Part shown: in pieces, positions 40,224 through 50,435 of the stretch
Numbering within the stretch: position 1 is the stretch's first letter
Layout: every line of letters begins with the position of its first letter
Virus record (IMG/VR): IMGVR_UViG_3300006925_000013
Location: 1 to 64,000 of that record
Length of the DNA: 64,000 bases
Reading direction: 5' to 3' (one strand)
Source: an uncultured virus (IMG/VR IMGVR_UViG_3300006925_000013)
Lineage: Duplodnaviria; Heunggongvirae; Uroviricota; Caudoviricetes
Position numbers and translations under genes: made by a program
The notes under the pieces: model-generated
The model's database searches: none
What the model was told of the DNA's origin: nothing
Seen by the model: the letters and a program-made list of their open reading frames with translations, nothing else

Positions 40224-41336
40224 ATGGCAATCATAATGAACGCCAAAGGTACCTCGCAAAGTAGTTTTAGAATTGGAAAACGCGGTTCTAGAATTTACGG
40301 GACATCTGACGCACCTAGTGACGTTAGTAATATCTCGACAGGTGATCTTTGGTTCGATTCAAGCAATACACTATTAAAAATTGCAACTGTATCAGGTGGT
40401 TCTGTAACATGGAATAAACTGACGGTAGGCGATGCTGACACATTAGATAGCATTAATAGTACAAGTTTTGCTAGAATTGATACAGACAATACCTTTGCAA
40501 ATGATATTACTATAACAGGTAATCTTACTGTAAACGGTACACAGTCTATCATTAATACAGAAACTCTCAATATTGCTGACAATGAAATAGTTTTAAACAG
40601 CGACCTTCCATCAAACCAACCCGCAACTGCTAACGCAGGAATATTAGTAAACAGAGGTAACGAAAGTAATGTTTATATTCGCTGGGACGAAGAAGAAGGC
40701 GAATGGACCGTAAATGGTCAAACGTTTAGTGCTGGTGCTTTTGTTGGTAACCTAAGTGGTAATGTAACAGGAAGTATAGCACCCAATGGAGCACCTAACG
40801 TTGTAAGAGCAAATACACTTATTGTAAACGGCACTTACACTATGCCAACAGCAGATGGTAGTGCTAATCAAGTATTAACTACAGATGGTAGTGGTACAGT
40901 AAGTTTTGCTAATGTAGATGCTACACCAGGCGGCAGTAACACGCAAATTCAATATAACGATGAAGGTACATTCAATGGTTCATCAGCATTTACATATGAT
41001 GAGTCAGAAGCAAAACTATCAGTAGGTGGTTCTGTTTCATCAATATTATTTGAAACTGTAAGCGATTACGGTGCAATTACAGCCTCAGTAACAGACAGTT
41101 TAGACTATGGTAATTTAACAGATTCAGTAGTTGCCCTAGTCAACAGTGACTATGGCGTTGTTGAAACAAGTGGAGGACCAGTTGAGTTTCCACGATATGC
41201 AGTATTATCAGTACCTGATGCATCTGCATACATTGGGCATATGATATATGTAACCAATGAAACAGGAGGTCCAGTAATGGCATTTAGCGATGGCACTAAC
41301 TGGAGAAGAGTAACAGACAGAGCAGTCATAAGTTAG
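40224..41336 (+). CDS. putative tail fibre/structural protein
   Basis: GDLWFD, GNLTVNG, PTADGSANQVLTTDGSG, AFSDGTNWRRVTDR. Confidence 0.75.
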   Translation: MAIIMNAKGTSQSSFRIGKRGSRIYGTSDAPSDVSNISTGDLWFDSSNTLLKIATVSGGSVTWNKLTVGDADTLDSINSTSFARIDTDNTFANDITITGNLTVNGTQSIINTETLNIADNEIVLNSDLPSNQPATANAGILVNRGNESNVYIRWDEEEGEWTVNGQTFSAGAFVGNLSGNVTGSIAPNGAPNVVRANTLIVNGTYTMPTADGSANQVLTTDGSGTVSFANVDATPGGSNTQIQYNDEGTFNGSSAFTYDESEAKLSVGGSVSSILFETVSDYGAITASVTDSLDYGNLTDSVVALVNSDYGVVETSGGPVEFPRYAVLSVPDASAYIGHMIYVTNETGGPVMAFSDGTNWRRVTDRAVIS

Positions 41337-41348
41337 TAGGAGAACATA

Positions 41349-41675
41349 ATGGCAGAAGAAACAACAACAGCAGTACACCATCCGGCTGATACAAATGGAG
41401 ATGGGAAAGTTTCAAAAGCAGAAGAGCAAATGTACTTAGAGTTCAAAAGAAAAGAACTTGAAGATCTAGATGCAATGAGAGATGCTCAACGTAGCATGGC
41501 TTGGTTTGCACTAAGTGGTATGTTACTGTATCCTTTTGCAGTAGTAATAGCAGTATTGGCTGGCTTAAATCAAGCAAGTGAAATACTAGGTGACATGGCC
41601 GCTACATACTTTGTAGCAGTTGCCGGTATCGTTGCCGCCTTCTTTGGTGCTCAAGCATTTAGTAAAGGTAAGTAA
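41349..41675 (+). CDS. EF-hand plus two-TM membrane protein (holin-like)
   Basis: DTNGDGKVSKAE loop; two TM helices; basic C-terminus. Confidence 0.6.
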   Translation: MAEETTTAVHHPADTNGDGKVSKAEEQMYLEFKRKELEDLDAMRDAQRSMAWFALSGMLLYPFAVVIAVLAGLNQASEILGDMAATYFVAVAGIVAAFFGAQAFSKGK

Positions 41676-41680
41676 TTACT

Positions 41681-41986
41681 ATGGTAGATAAGGTAAGAAA
41701 ACATTTTGTAAGGATTGTAGTTGAAAAGGAAATATCACGTGATGATATTGTTGACTTTTTTGACATAGTTCAAAGTGTTGTTCCTACCAAAGTATTTTCA
41801 TCATTTGATGGTAGTGGCAATAAAGTTAAAGCAGAAGTAGTCCATTACGAATCAGATGATGTACAAGTGTACGAAGTATTAACTGAAGAAGATATTAGTG
41901 CTGAGGAAGGCACTAAAATTGCAGATATACTTGCAGAAGAATTAGATGTGGTCGATTGGGACTTTGAGGCCAGTACTGAATATTAG
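41681..41986 (+). CDS. hypothetical acidic protein
   Basis: ORF in operon. Confidence 0.65.
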   Translation: MVDKVRKHFVRIVVEKEISRDDIVDFFDIVQSVVPTKVFSSFDGSGNKVKAEVVHYESDDVQVYEVLTEEDISAEEGTKIADILAEELDVVDWDFEASTEY

Positions 41987-41989
41987 TAC

Positions 41990-42018
41990 TTGACCACAAT
42001 CTACTTTTTTAGTATAAT
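41990..42018 (+). promoter_or_regulatory. sigma70-type promoter
   Basis: TTGACC-17-TATAAT. Confidence 0.7.
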
Positions 42019-42053
42019 ACTTAGATAATTAATTACATACACACAGGATTATT

Positions 42054-42320
42054 ATGGCGTTCAATAAAACATTCAATCAAGAAGAAGTCGCAAGACTTAA
42101 AAAACTAGTTCAAGAAGGAGACCAAGTCCTTTACGAAGTAGAATCACTCCAAGTAGGTTTAAGAGAAACTGTTAAAGCAATAGCAGAAGAAATGGATATT
42201 AAACCTGCAATCCTTATGAAAGCAGTTAAAGTTGCTCATAAGGCATCATTTACTGACGAAACAGACAAGTTTGATGCACTAGAAACTATTCTAGCCGCAG
42301 TCGGTAAAGATCACTTATAA
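42054..42320 (+). CDS. putative dsDNA-binding protein (T4 DsbA/GapR-like)
   Basis: Helical; LRETVKAIAEEMDIKPAILMKAVKVAHK. Confidence 0.5.
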   Translation: MAFNKTFNQEEVARLKKLVQEGDQVLYEVESLQVGLRETVKAIAEEMDIKPAILMKAVKVAHKASFTDETDKFDALETILAAVGKDHL

Positions 42321-42380
42321 AACAGGACCAATAAACTAAAAACAGGTTGACAATATAGTTCTATCTGTTATACTACTAAT

Positions 42381-42641
42381 ATGAGTCTGACTGTAGAAAA
42401 GGTATATTTATTTGACATGCAATGGACAGATGATGCTGACTATGAGCACATCTTCGAAGATCGCCTGCATGACACAATGATTCCTTTCTTTGCATTTGGT
42501 GAAGAAGCAACCTTTTCTAGAGAAGTAGACTATACAAGCAGTTATAAACCAGTAGCAAAAATATATGCAAAGTTTATAACAGAGGCAAGCAAATATAAAT
42601 TTATGTTAAAATATTCGGACAAATTAAATGAGTTACGTTGA
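42381..42641 (+). CDS. hypothetical protein
   Basis: ATG 6 nt after TTGACA-16-TATACT (42347-42374). Confidence 0.6.
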   Translation: MSLTVEKVYLFDMQWTDDADYEHIFEDRLHDTMIPFFAFGEEATFSREVDYTSSYKPVAKIYAKFITEASKYKFMLKYSDKLNELR

Positions 42642-45333
42642 CGCAGTTTTTGAACAGAACAAAGGCATAGTAAGAGTCGTTGAACGTACTAAAGAGGGCG
42701 AACGCAAGATTATTGATCACCCTATGCGATACTACTTTTATGTAGATGATCCTAAAGGCAAACAGCATAGTGTGTATGGCGACCCAGTAAGTAAGATTAC
42801 AGCAAACAATTGGAAAGACTTTAAACGTAATGTTGCATTGTATCAAAACAAACGCACATATGAAAGTGATCTAAAACCTGTAAACAGAGTATTAGCAGAT
42901 CATTACTTGGGCATGGATGCACCAGACTTACACAAATGCTTTTTTGATATCGAGGTAGACTTTGATCCAGATAGAGGTTATAGTTCTCCTGAAGATGCAT
43001 TTATGCCTATTACCAGTATCAGTGTTTACTTAGACTGGATGGATAAGATTGTTTGTTTAGCAGTTCCGCCTAAGACACTTAATTGGGAACAAGCACAAAA
43101 GATAGCAGATAATGTAGGCGACACTATATTGTTTGGTAATGAAAAAGCAATGTTAGATGCTTTTCTTAGTCTCATAGATGATGCAGATATATTGAGTGGT
43201 TGGAACAGTGAAGGTTATGATATTCCTTATACTGTAAACAGAATTATCAAAGTGTTAGGTAAAAGCGAAACAAGACGTCTGTGTTTACTAGACAAAAACG
43301 TGATTAAAAGAGAATATGTTAATCACGGTAGAGAAACACAAACATATGACTTAGTAGGTCGTGTACACTTAGACTATATGCAACTGTACAGAAAGTATAA
43401 CTATGAAGAGCGTCATAGTTACAGACTAGACTACATTGGTGAAATGGAAGTAGGTGAAAAGAAAGTTGTGTATGATGGTAGTTTAGACAGACTATACAAT
43501 CACGACTTTGAACTGTTCTTAGAGTATAACATACAAGACACAATGCTACTTAAGAAACTAGATGATAAGTTGCAGTTTATAAGTCTTGCCAGTGAGATTG
43601 CACATCAAAATACAGTATTACTTCCAGTAACAATGGGTGCGGTACAGACTATTGACCAAGCAATAGTTAATGAAGCACACAGACGTGGCATGGTTGTTCC
43701 TGATAGAAATAGAACTAAAGATTCAGATAACCCATGGGGGCATACAGTAGCAGGTGCCTATGTGGCATTTCCTAAGAAAGGTATGCATGAATGGGTAGGG
43801 TCGATGGACATAAACAGTCTGTATCCTAGTGTCATTAGAGCATTGAATATGGCTCCTGAAACTATTGTAGGACAACTAAGGCAAGAGTACACAGATAAAG
43901 AAATTACAGAAAAAATGCAAATAGAAAAGAAATCATTTGCAGATGCATGGGCAGGTAAGTTTGGTACTAATGAATATGAAATGGTTATGGCTAAAGATGT
44001 TGACAAGCCACTTATATTAGACTTAGAAGACAAAAGAGAAATTAGTGTTAAAGGTGCTGACGTGTATAACATGCTGTTTAATAGCGAGGAGCCATGGTGC
44101 ATTAGTGCAAATGGTACTGTATATAGAACAGACGTACAAGGTATTATACCCGGTCTATTAGAGAAATGGTATTCAGAGAGACAAGAATTACAGGCTAAAA
44201 AGAAACAAGCAACAACACCAGAGGACATAGCATTCTGGGATAAGAGACAGTTAGTTAGAAAAATTTTACTTAACAGTACATATGGTGCTATTTGTAATCC
44301 AGGTAGTAGGTTCTTTGACCATAGAATAGGACAAAGTACAACACTCACTGGTAGAGCAATTACTAGACACATGGGAGCAGAAACAAACAAAATGTTGACT
44401 GGCGAATATGATCACACAGGCGATACTATTGTTTATGGTGATACTGACTCTGTATATTTTAGTGCTCATGAAATTAGTAAAAAGCAAGATATTGAGTTAG
44501 ACATGGATAGTGCTATTGCATTATATGATAATATTTCAGATACAGTTAGTGACTCTTTCCCTTCATTTGCTAAACAGGCCTTTAACATTTCTACTAGTCA
44601 AGGTAATATACTTAAAGCAGGTAGAGAAGTTGTTGGTAGAGCAGGTATCTTTATTACTAAGAAAAGGTATGCTATCAATGTATTAGACTTAGAAGGTTGG
44701 CAACCAGAAGGCGGAAAACTTAAAGTAATGGGCCTAGATCTTAAGAGATCAGACACACCTGAGTTTGTGCAAGACTTCTTAAGTGACATACTAGGGCAGA
44801 CACTAAACGGTGACGGTGAAACAAAAGTACTTGCAAGTGTAAGAGAGTTTAAGAAGGAGTTCAAAGCAATGGACTCTTGGAAGAAAGGTATGCCTAAAAG
44901 GGTAAACAACTTAACATATTACACAGAAGCATACAATAAAGCATTCAGTATGAACAAGAGTGCTAGTCTTTACAAGTTAGAAAAACTCAAAGACGAAAAG
45001 AAAGTAATGATTCCTGGGCATGTTAGAGCAAGTATTAACTGGAATAACATGTTAAAAGCAAACAGTGATCAATACAGTATGCAAATAACAGATGGTATGA
45101 AAGTAATTGTGTGCAGGTTAAAGAGTAATGCAATGGGTTATACAAGTATTGCATACCCAACAGATGAAATGCATATACCAGATTGGTTTAAACAACTGCC
45201 TTTTGATGACGATGCAATGGAAGAGGCAGTAGTTGATAAGAAAGTAGAAAACTTATTGAATGTACTAAAATGGGATTTGTCGCAGACAGATACTAGTAAT
45301 ACATTCCATAGTTTATTTGATTTTGATGATTAA
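42628..45333 (+). CDS. family B DNA polymerase
   Basis: Exo I FDIE, Exo II GWNSEGYD, YNIQD; DINSLYPS, KILLNSTYG, YGDTDS, KKRY. Confidence 0.97.
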   Translation: MSYVDAVFEQNKGIVRVVERTKEGERKIIDHPMRYYFYVDDPKGKQHSVYGDPVSKITANNWKDFKRNVALYQNKRTYESDLKPVNRVLADHYLGMDAPDLHKCFFDIEVDFDPDRGYSSPEDAFMPITSISVYLDWMDKIVCLAVPPKTLNWEQAQKIADNVGDTILFGNEKAMLDAFLSLIDDADILSGWNSEGYDIPYTVNRIIKVLGKSETRRLCLLDKNVIKREYVNHGRETQTYDLVGRVHLDYMQLYRKYNYEERHSYRLDYIGEMEVGEKKVVYDGSLDRLYNHDFELFLEYNIQDTMLLKKLDDKLQFISLASEIAHQNTVLLPVTMGAVQTIDQAIVNEAHRRGMVVPDRNRTKDSDNPWGHTVAGAYVAFPKKGMHEWVGSMDINSLYPSVIRALNMAPETIVGQLRQEYTDKEITEKMQIEKKSFADAWAGKFGTNEYEMVMAKDVDKPLILDLEDKREISVKGADVYNMLFNSEEPWCISANGTVYRTDVQGIIPGLLEKWYSERQELQAKKKQATTPEDIAFWDKRQLVRKILLNSTYGAICNPGSRFFDHRIGQSTTLTGRAITRHMGAETNKMLTGEYDHTGDTIVYGDTDSVYFSAHEISKKQDIELDMDSAIALYDNISDTVSDSFPSFAKQAFNISTSQGNILKAGREVVGRAGIFITKKRYAINVLDLEGWQPEGGKLKVMGLDLKRSDTPEFVQDFLSDILGQTLNGDGETKVLASVREFKKEFKAMDSWKKGMPKRVNNLTYYTEAYNKAFSMNKSASLYKLEKLKDEKKVMIPGHVRASINWNNMLKANSDQYSMQITDGMKVIVCRLKSNAMGYTSIAYPTDEMHIPDWFKQLPFDDDAMEEAVVDKKVENLLNVLKWDLSQTDTSNTFHSLFDFDD

Positions 45334-45423
45334 CTTGGTCGTTAGGTATCAAACGGCCAGGATTTATAAACTTTTTAGGTGTAAAGGCCTAAATAATAAC
45401 TTTAATATAAGAGGTGACAACAT

Positions 45424-46167
45424 ATGATAAAAGATATATTTAAAGACATACTAAGGCATACTCACGCCTTAGGTTTTATTGAAATGGTTAAGATTAGTGG
45501 CGATGAGTCGTCTACTACAATTGAAGCCATGGATGCAGACAAAACTGTTATCCTGCAAGGTAAACTACATAATCCTGTAGCAGACTTTGTAGATCAAACA
45601 GTAGGTCTTAGCAGAATGAGTGTACTAGATGGATATTTAAAATTTCCAGGTTTTGTAGACGAAGGTTCTGAAGTAAGTGTAGAAACACAGAGCAGAAACG
45701 GAGATGACATACCTGTACAAATTAGTTTTAAAAGTGCAGAAGGACACACTGGTAGTTACAGATTTATGTTAGCAGATGTAATTAATCAGCAACTAAAATC
45801 TGTTACAATGAAAGAGATCCCATGGGACGTTACTATTGTGCCATCACAGAAGAACTTAAAAGACTTAGGTTACTTCAATGGTGTGTTAGGTGGTTTTGAA
45901 CCTGTGTTCTCTCCAAGTACAGAAGATGGTGCATTATATTTTAGCATTGGCGAAGGTGCCGGTGATAAAGGTAAATTACCAATCAACAACAATGTCGATG
46001 GCGAACTATCCGGTAACTGGAAATGGGAAATTGATAAAGCACTAAGCATTCTAAGACTAAGCGATAGTGCTAATTGTACTGTTAGTTTTGCTAATGCAGG
46101 TGCAATGCAAATTGTTATTGACAGTGGTTTAGGCGAATACAAATACATATTACCTGCTAAGAGTTAA
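45424..46167 (+). CDS. putative sliding clamp (gp45/PCNA-like)
   Basis: About 250 aa, follows polB, ends in DSGLGEYKYILPA. Confidence 0.6.
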   Translation: MIKDIFKDILRHTHALGFIEMVKISGDESSTTIEAMDADKTVILQGKLHNPVADFVDQTVGLSRMSVLDGYLKFPGFVDEGSEVSVETQSRNGDDIPVQISFKSAEGHTGSYRFMLADVINQQLKSVTMKEIPWDVTIVPSQKNLKDLGYFNGVLGGFEPVFSPSTEDGALYFSIGEGAGDKGKLPINNNVDGELSGNWKWEIDKALSILRLSDSANCTVSFANAGAMQIVIDSGLGEYKYILPAKS

Positions 46168-46169
46168 AC

Positions 46170-47711
46170 ATGACAGAAGACTTAGGAAAGAAGCACCAGG
46201 ATTGGGCAGTTTACCTGCCTGCTATTAGTGGCTTCTATGTAACACAATTACAAAAGATGAATGCTAATCCAAGTGAATGGAGATGTCCTGAAGGCTTTGA
46301 AAAAGGCACACAAGGCATGAACTTCCTTGATCCTGAGAATAGTTATTATCATTATCCATGGGGTCTATACTCCGGTGGACACGCACACTTAGATCCTGTA
46401 AAAAGTGACGAACGTGAACCAATGATACAAGGCAGAGACCGTAGCAAAACAATGATACTAGGAGACTCAGGTGGTTTCCAACTTGCTACTGGTGTTATTA
46501 AAATGGATTGGAGTAATGCAAAAGATCCCAATGACCCTGCTAGAACAGAGTTTTGTAATAAGATACTTACGTGGTTAGAGCATACAGCAGACTGGAGTAT
46601 GACATTAGATGTTCCTGCTTTTGCGGCAGTTGGTAAACTAAGTGAAAGAACAGGACTTACAGAATTTCAAGACACACTAGATATTAGTCTACTTAATTTA
46701 GACTATTTTATGAGGAACAGAACACCAGGTGCTACCAAGTTCTTAAATGTGTTAAGTGGTAGTAACGAAGAAAATAGCAAACAATGGTATGATGCTGTAA
46801 AGCATTTTTCCAATAAAAGTTTTGTGCAAGAAGCATACGGTGATGAGAATAGAACCTTAGAAGGTTACGCATTCGCTGGTATCAATATGAAACACATGTA
46901 TAGTGTGTTAAGTAGACTATTGGATCTTAGAGAAGATGGTTTACTTGAAGGTAAGGATTGGATACACTTCTTGGGTACTGGACGCCTTAATTGGGCATGT
47001 CACCTTACTAGTATCCAAAGACAGTTGAGAAAATATGACAATCCTAATATTACACTATCATTTGATGCGGCATCACCTTTTGTTAATACAGCATATGGCC
47101 AAACCTACACACATAATGAGTTTAGAGCCAAGCGATTCGGATACTTTATGGATAGAGCATTCGATAACAAAGATCTCAAAGGATCAAAGATGCCTATGCC
47201 TTTTGCACATTCCCCTATAATGAGTAGACTTACAGTTGGTGACATCTGTGTTTTAGGACATGGTGATGTTAATAGGAATGGTAAAGAGACTACAACTAGT
47301 TGGGACACACTAAGTTATGCACTTTATATGGGTCATAGTGTTTACAATCACATTACAGCAACGCAAGAAGCAAACAGACTTGCTGATATGGAAAAACACA
47401 GAACACCTACACATTGGAAGAACTGGAAGAAGGTAAAAGGCAGTAGTGTGAGCAATGAAACTTCTCCTTATGTACCAGGTACTATTTTGATGTTCGATAG
47501 TTTTGCAGAAGAAGTGTTAGATCCAAATAACACCAATGCAAGACAAATGTTAGAAGATAACAAAGAATTTTTAAAAGAGATTAGTTTCTCAGACGGTAGT
47601 GCTGAGCAAACTACATTTGGTTCGTTATTCGAAACAGAAGAATACGAGTCAGGTGACAGTGAAGCAGACATGCAAGAAGATATAATGAGGGCCGATTATG
47701 ACGGAGAATAA
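46170..47711 (+). CDS. dpdA: TGT/DpdA-family guanine transglycosylase
   Basis: GDSGGFQ, MTLDVP, LNVLSG, YAFAG, IHFLG, SFDAAS catalytic motifs. Confidence 0.8.
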   Translation: MTEDLGKKHQDWAVYLPAISGFYVTQLQKMNANPSEWRCPEGFEKGTQGMNFLDPENSYYHYPWGLYSGGHAHLDPVKSDEREPMIQGRDRSKTMILGDSGGFQLATGVIKMDWSNAKDPNDPARTEFCNKILTWLEHTADWSMTLDVPAFAAVGKLSERTGLTEFQDTLDISLLNLDYFMRNRTPGATKFLNVLSGSNEENSKQWYDAVKHFSNKSFVQEAYGDENRTLEGYAFAGINMKHMYSVLSRLLDLREDGLLEGKDWIHFLGTGRLNWACHLTSIQRQLRKYDNPNITLSFDAASPFVNTAYGQTYTHNEFRAKRFGYFMDRAFDNKDLKGSKMPMPFAHSPIMSRLTVGDICVLGHGDVNRNGKETTTSWDTLSYALYMGHSVYNHITATQEANRLADMEKHRTPTHWKNWKKVKGSSVSNETSPYVPGTILMFDSFAEEVLDPNNTNARQMLEDNKEFLKEISFSDGSAEQTTFGSLFETEEYESGDSEADMQEDIMRADYDGE

Positions 47712-47895
47712 AGCATACAGTGGTACATACACATTCGAAGGGCATGACGTACAATTTCATGTGTTGGAGAATGGTGCAACAATGGAAATAGTAGAAACTA
47801 AAGACGGTAAAACAATGCCTGTTAGACTTGTAGACCTTGAAGAAGGTGTAGACTTTCAGGATAAGTTAATTAAATGGGGGTACACTAGTTACTAA
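47698..47895 (+). CDS. hypothetical protein
   Basis: Coupled ORF. Confidence 0.6.
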   Translation: MTENKAYSGTYTFEGHDVQFHVLENGATMEIVETKDGKTMPVRLVDLEEGVDFQDKLIKWGYTSY

Positions 47896-48401
47896 TGGAT
47901 AGAGAAGGACACGAAGACGTAAAGTTTTTTGTTGGTACTGAGGTAGAGCAATCTCCTGCATACGGACAAAAAACATTATTTGTAGTTGGTTATCAGCCTA
48001 AGGAAGAAATACTTGCTAGGGCATTAAACAGCGGGTGTCCACATATCTATTTGGGTGCCAACCAAAGTTTCAACCCTCCAACTGATAAGGATTGGCAGGG
48101 TTGGGACGAACTTATTACTGGACTTTTAAAAGATGATATTTGGATTACGTTAGACTTTGATGTTAGTTTAGCAGAAAGAGTATTAGAATGTGGCTGGACT
48201 GAGTATAGTACATTTATACCAATGATTAGTGTTAAGTTACCTTACATTAATCAATTTAACTACAATGCTACACTTAAACTAGATGACAAAGACTTTAAAG
48301 CAACTAATCCAGGTGTTTGGTGTCATAGTTTACATGAACTACAAAATAGAAAAGGATTTACAGACTGGACAAAATATACCAAAGACGAGGTTATTGATTA
48401 A
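47895..48401 (+). CDS. hypothetical protein neighbouring dpdA
   Basis: FVGTEVE, HIYLGANQSF, DDKDFKATNPGVWCH. Confidence 0.75.
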   Translation: MDREGHEDVKFFVGTEVEQSPAYGQKTLFVVGYQPKEEILARALNSGCPHIYLGANQSFNPPTDKDWQGWDELITGLLKDDIWITLDFDVSLAERVLECGWTEYSTFIPMISVKLPYINQFNYNATLKLDDKDFKATNPGVWCHSLHELQNRKGFTDWTKYTKDEVID

Positions 48402-48994
48402 TGCGAGACAAGTTAGCAATGAGCATGACAAAGTTTTTTCGCTTTATAGCAGATACATTCTTTGCTAAACGTTATGGTCATAGAGCAGTTGTATTAGAAA
48501 CAGTAGCAGGTGTTCCTGGCATGGTTGCTGGTATGTGGTTACACATGAAAAGCCTGCGTAAGATGAAAGTTGGGTATGGGCCTGACATAAGAGAGATGTT
48601 AGCAGAAGCAGAGAATGAAAGAATGCACTTAATGTTCTTTATTGAGATAGCACAACCTAATTGGTTTGAAAGGTATTTGGTTTTGTTTGCTCAATTTATT
48701 TTTATGTTATTTTACTCTGTATTGTATATAATAGATTACAAAACAGCACACAGAATGATTGCTTACTTTGAAGAAGAGGCAGTAAGAAGTTATACTAGTT
48801 ATTTAGAATTAGTTGAAAGTGGTGAAGTGCCAAATGTACCTGCACCTAAACTTGCTATCAAATATTATAAAATGAAGGATGATGCTAAGTTAAGTGATTT
48901 GATTAAAAAAGTTAGAGCAGATGAACAACATCACAGCAAAATTAATCACAAGTACGCAGATGGCGATACATCATTTAAAAGGAAAAACGGTTGA
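48401..48994 (+). CDS. aox: alternative oxidase (di-iron ubiquinol oxidase)
   Basis: LETVAGVPGM, EAENERMHL, FEEEAVRSY, RADEQHH. Confidence 0.93.
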   Translation: MRDKLAMSMTKFFRFIADTFFAKRYGHRAVVLETVAGVPGMVAGMWLHMKSLRKMKVGYGPDIREMLAEAENERMHLMFFIEIAQPNWFERYLVLFAQFIFMLFYSVLYIIDYKTAHRMIAYFEEEAVRSYTSYLELVESGEVPNVPAPKLAIKYYKMKDDAKLSDLIKKVRADEQHHSKINHKYADGDTSFKRKNG

Positions 48995-49020
48995 CATTGG
49001 CCACAAAAAATGATATAATA
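48989..49020 (+). promoter_or_regulatory. sigma70-type promoter, copy 1 of a duplicated 32-mer
   Basis: GGTTGACATTGGCCACAAAAAATGATATAATA. Confidence 0.85.
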
Positions 49021-49039
49021 ACTAATATGGAGAATCTAT

Positions 49040-50266
49040 ATGGAGGAAGGTAATTTGTACAAAATGAAAATGCGTAAATTGTTCTACATGGGTCTTGAGT
49101 CTTATGAAGCAAGATACACATTACAATTACAAGACTGGAACGAGCGAGAGTTTAAAAAGCATGATATTGATTATGAAATAATCAAAGGTGAAGAACTTGA
49201 TAACAGTAAAGCAATCGTTACAGGTAGTGTACTTGATGCACATGGAAGAAGTTATTACAGTCTAAGTCAAACAATGAACTTAGTACAGAAAATGAAGAAC
49301 GGTGAAATCACAAGCGATGACGTAATCTTCTATGAAGATATGTTTACACCAGGCTTAGAATGTTTACCTTACATAATGGACCAGTCTCCAGAAGAATACA
49401 GACCTAAAGTATTCCTAAGGTTCTTAGCACAAACAACAGACCCAGATGACTTCCTTATTAGAGAAGGTATGTTTGACTGGATGCGTAGATATGAACAAAT
49501 GGTAGATGAGTTTGTTACAGGTATTATTGTAGCAAGTGAAGAATTTGTAGCACACTTAAGAACAGCAGGATTTAAGAAGCCTATATATGTAACAGGCTTA
49601 CCGTTTGGTAAGGAAGAAGTGCAAGAACGTGTTCCTAATCCTAAGCCACTTAATGAAAGAAGTAACAGAGTAGGCTTTGCGGCACGTTGGGACGATGAGA
49701 AGCAACCACACTTTTATATGGACTTAGCAGAGGAGTATTACAAAATAGATCCTACTGTTGAGTTTGCAATCTTTTGTGGACACCCAGAACTTAAAAGTTC
49801 AGATCAAGAGTATGTTGATAGAGCATTAGCATTACAAGAAGGTGATACTGCAAACTTTAAAATTTACACAGGCTTAAAGAAAAACGATTACTATAATTTG
49901 TTAGCAGACAGTAAAGTGTTATTCAATTGTGCATTGCAAGATTGGGTAAGCAATACTGTTAGTGAAGCCGATACATTTGGTACACTTACACTATATCCAG
50001 CATATAGAAGTTTCCCAGAAGTATTTGCTAACAACGGTAGACACTTATACGTTCCATGGAGTATGGAAGATTGTGTAAGCAAACTGTCTAATATGTTTGA
50101 TGACATTAAAACAGATAACCTAAGCGAATACAATATCGGTAAGATTAGTGACTATCAGAATGGCACTATCGAAAGAACATTAAAAGTACTTTCTGGATTA
50201 GGTCTTGAACAACAAAGAGACAGACAGCATTACAGAAGAAAGGTAGCAAAGGCAAAATATGATTGA
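49040..50266 (+). CDS. GT-B fold glycosyltransferase (GT4-like)
   Basis: FAARWDDEKQP, YYNLLADSKVLFNCALQD...VSEA, YRSFPE. Confidence 0.75.
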   Translation: MEEGNLYKMKMRKLFYMGLESYEARYTLQLQDWNEREFKKHDIDYEIIKGEELDNSKAIVTGSVLDAHGRSYYSLSQTMNLVQKMKNGEITSDDVIFYEDMFTPGLECLPYIMDQSPEEYRPKVFLRFLAQTTDPDDFLIREGMFDWMRRYEQMVDEFVTGIIVASEEFVAHLRTAGFKKPIYVTGLPFGKEEVQERVPNPKPLNERSNRVGFAARWDDEKQPHFYMDLAEEYYKIDPTVEFAIFCGHPELKSSDQEYVDRALALQEGDTANFKIYTGLKKNDYYNLLADSKVLFNCALQDWVSNTVSEADTFGTLTLYPAYRSFPEVFANNGRHLYVPWSMEDCVSKLSNMFDDIKTDNLSEYNIGKISDYQNGTIERTLKVLSGLGLEQQRDRQHYRRKVAKAKYD

Positions 50267-50435
50267 AGCATTAATGACAGTTGTTAATTTTTTTATAGGT
50301 ATAGTGTTTGTTATAGTAGCGGCATACTTTGCCTATATGAGTAGTGTACTTGTTTCTGAAAGGAAAGCAAGGTATAGAGCAGGTACACATGATTATTACG
50401 ATAATCCAATAGAGGAGAACGATGAGCAGAATTAA
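50259..50435 (+). CDS. 58-aa single-TM protein
   Basis: MIEALMTVVNFFIGIVFVIVAAYFAY...; overlaps both neighbours; below cutoff. Confidence 0.6.
   Translation: MIEALMTVVNFFIGIVFVIVAAYFAYMSSVLVSERKARYRAGTHDYYDNPIEENDEQN

Noticed and set aside
43758..44390. 210-aa minus-strand ORF and many other antisense ORFs in the track
   Set aside because: Shadows of well-supported plus-strand genes, with no SD, promoter or recognisable motifs.
42628..45333. Intein or intron in DNA polymerase
   Set aside because: Continuous 901-aa ORF with all motifs; no splice-junction or LAGLIDADG signatures seen.
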